Shown here in pieces: positions 61,341 to 64,000 of a stretch of DNA of 64,000 bases. The position numbers and the translations under genes are program-made. The DNA is from Vitrella brassicaformis CCMP3155. Taxonomy: Eukaryota; Protista; Chromerida. Below the pieces are notes generated by a model, which saw only the letters and a program-made list of their open reading frames with translations, ran no database searches and was not told the DNA's origin. The stretch covers positions 1 to 64,000 of the forward strand of contig CDMY01000402.1 in NCBI GenBank assembly GCA_001179505.1, in the 5' to 3' direction. The number at the start of each line of letters is the position of its first letter. Position 1 is the stretch's first letter.

Positions 61341-62225
61341 TGCAGATCTTCATTCACCTGTGGCGAAACAGCGCACACCCGTCTGCGTGCGGCCAGTCGT
61401 CAGCAAGGCAGGACACCATGCTCCAACGCCTGCATGCATGAACCACAGACATCATCTGACTCATCCCATCTACAGTATTCCTGTTGTCATCTTACCAGCG
61501 GCATGGGTGTGCGTTCGGATGAGAGATGGGCCATGCTGCAGCGCTGACAGGCCGCCAACGGCAGACCGCAACAAAGGCTGCTTGAAACGTGACAGCATCT
61601 GTAAAAAGTTCGGCTCTGTGCCAAATCCCGCGATGTGCAGGGTTTCTTAGGGTAAAGGGTTCAAAAAACGATCGCCCGTGGCCACGGATTGGAGGTTTGG
61701 TCTGTTGTAGTTTCGGTGAAGGCAGCGCCTCACGCGAGTGATAAGAGCGTGTTCGTGCCTGCCAGCCACCACACCATCGCTCCCATTCCGCTTCCATCGC
61801 TACCTCTCTCTTGTGTCACCCACCTGACATCGCCGCCGGCTCTCGGTGAGCAGTGCACTGAATGCATGCAGCCAGGAGGGCCGCAGAGAGGCAGGAATAA
61901 CATCAGGGTGCATGCCTGATGGGCCAGGGGTCAATTCTGAGCGGTTCATGAGGTGTCGTGTCTTACTCTGAGTCCCACTGTGGCATTGTGGTGCTGTGTG
62001 TATGGCGCAGGTGCCGGTTTGGTTCTAGAGTTCACTGCTGAAGTTGGTTGACCGACCATGTCTGGGATGAACCGTCGGCAGTACGCGAACCAGCCGGAGG
62101 ATGAGCCCCGGACACGCCAGTCCGGTGACCCATGCAACACCTGACCACAGACCACACCACACAAGGCCATTTCATTGCTGTGTATCGTCTCCCTCTGTGT
62201 GTGTTGTGGCATTCATTGTGCAGCC

Positions 62226-63058
62226 ATGATGTCGCCCCGTCGCAGCCGGGCGGCCCGAGCGGCTGCGCGCAGTGCGCAGCGCAGCCCATCCGGCGCTCCG
62301 CGCCCCTCCCGCCCGTCGATCCGGGCCCAAGCGGACCCGATGGACGTGGCGGACATGGGGTTCCAGACGCCGCCTCTCACGCCGACACGTCATGGGGGCG
62401 GCCAGCCTCAGCTTGAGGCGGGCGACGAGGTCCAGGAGCCCGAGTACAACGAGGAGCTCGACCGCACAGACGGTAGGGGAGGGAGGGAGGCACAAATGGG
62501 CATATGAGACGGGGAGGGAGTTGGGTGAGTGACCAGTGGATGTGCTGGTGTGATGTTGTGATGTTGTGTGTTGTGTTCAGGTCCGTTGAAGGTAGAGTTG
62601 CGTATGGAGTACAAGGCGCTGCCCCAGAACCGACAGATGGAGGTCTTCGCCGTGGTCAAACTCAAGCAGCCCAACAAAGACCAGGACAAGAAGAAATCCG
62701 CCGGCAAAAAGGTAGGTAACCACACACACACACACCCTCTCACCCACACACACCCCCTCGTGTGTGTCGGTCCTTCAGCGTTCCATTGAGGACGGTCCTG
62801 TCCCTGCGGCGGCTGCAGCTGCTGCCACAGGCACGAACAACTCGACCACTGACGAGGAGCTGCCTGAGGAGGAGGGTGGCATCGAGGGTGTGGCGATGGA
62901 TTTGGTGTGCGTGCTGGACATCAGCGGCTCCATGTATGGGCCCAAGTTGGACAGCGTCCGCGAGATCATGAAGTACATCATCCAACATGATATGAAGGAC
63001 ACTGACCGGTGGGAGGGATAAGAGAGCCAGGAAGAATACCTTATCTTATCCCCCCCCC

Positions 63059-63091
<33 letters not shown>

Positions 63092-64000
63092 TGTGTCAGT
63101 TTGGGCATAGTGATGTTCGACTCGTTCGCCGAGGTGCTGCTGCCGCTCAAGAAGATGACACCGGAGAACAAGTCGGCGGCCATGGTCAAGGGTATGCAAT
63201 CAACGCACACACACATGGACACCCACACGCACATAAAATGGATGGATGGATGGATGGATGGATGGCTGGATGTGTGTCAGTGATGCGTTTGGCGTCTCGC
63301 GGCGGCACGAACATCTACAGCGGTGTGGACTTGGCCGTGAGCATGTTGGAGCAGCGCAGCACCAAGAACTTCGTCTCGTCCATCTTCATGCTCACAGACG
63401 GCCAGGTACGTACGCCACATGACCACACCACCACCACACACACGCATGCCCCCACTCATCCACTGACCTGTGTGTGTGTATGGTTGTGTGTGTCAATGAC
63501 GTGTGTGCAGGACCACACGTCGCCCCAGCAGGTGCAGTCGTTGTCGCGCCGTTCGATGATGATGGGCACCTCATTCTACCCATTCGGTCTGGGCAGAGGG
63601 TTGAGCAACGAACGCACCAGCAGCACACACACATGCATGCACACGCACTCATGTGTATTGTGTTGTCTGTCCGTCTGTGTGTGTGTGTGTGTGTGCGTTA
63701 GGCATCGGTTCTGACCACAACCAGAACATCATGTCCATCTTCGCGGAAGGCCACAGCACCACATACACCACCATAGATGTGTGTACCTACCACATCACAT
63801 GGACCTCACTATGTGGCACACAACAGACAGACAGACAGACGATAGCGCCAAGGACACAGCACAGCACAGGGCACACACGTGTGTGTGTGTGTGTGTGTGT
63901 GTGTTCCGTCAGAACGTCGATAACTTATCGGAGCAGCTCGTAGCGCCGTTCCACAATGTGGTATGCCATGCTGCCAACACACACGTGGCACACACGACAC
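62226..64000 (+). CDS. von Willebrand factor A domain protein (partial, continues beyond the window)
   Basis: MIDAS motif DLVCVLDISGSM, DR-LGIVMFD, GGTNIYSG, SSIFMLTDGQ, F-GIGSDHN. Confidence 0.9.

Noticed and set aside
1-64000. rRNA, tRNA, snRNA genes and intact transposases or reverse transcriptases
   Set aside because: No recognisable conserved motifs by eye. tRNAscan, Infernal and RepeatMasker were not run, so small RNAs could be missed.

Overview
GC-rich eukaryotic nuclear DNA with many short GT-AG introns full of (CA)n/(TG)n, (GACA)n and (GGAT)n microsatellites. Bipartite plastid-type leaders and an HPR/OPR-type repeat protein suggest a chromerid alveolate such as Vitrella; this is an inference. 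Most entries in the ORF track are intron read-throughs or antisense shadows, so genes were rebuilt by hand from splice sites and exon boundaries are approximate. Recognisable genes: PUB-domain protein, HPR/OPR protein, CBM20 protein, CK2 beta, plastid-type ThrRS lacking the editing domain, UCH (C12) deubiquitinase, FAM136A-like, Rubisco-LSMT-like SET protein, C2CD5, PDI, a Dullard/CTDNEP1-like phosphatase, a BTB protein and a vWA protein. Three mosaic zones (about 1-6 kb, 15.1-15.6 kb and 45-53.5 kb) hold four copies of an unknown coiled-coil gene, truncated intron-containing duplicates of neighbouring genes, a head-to-head pair of frameshifted paralogues and a 300-N gap. Most notable signals: (1) a 13-exon gene with an MGNKCCS dual-acylation start and 11 consecutive phase-1 introns; (2) a conserved 3-nt microexon; (3) introns with CA-rich 5' halves and complementary TG-rich 3' halves; (4) an AT-rich motif recurring in the rearranged zones; (5) a TGCGAGCT motif recurring in 5' intergenic regions. 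No rRNA, tRNA, CRISPR array or intact transposase was recognised. All work was by eye; no database searches were run.
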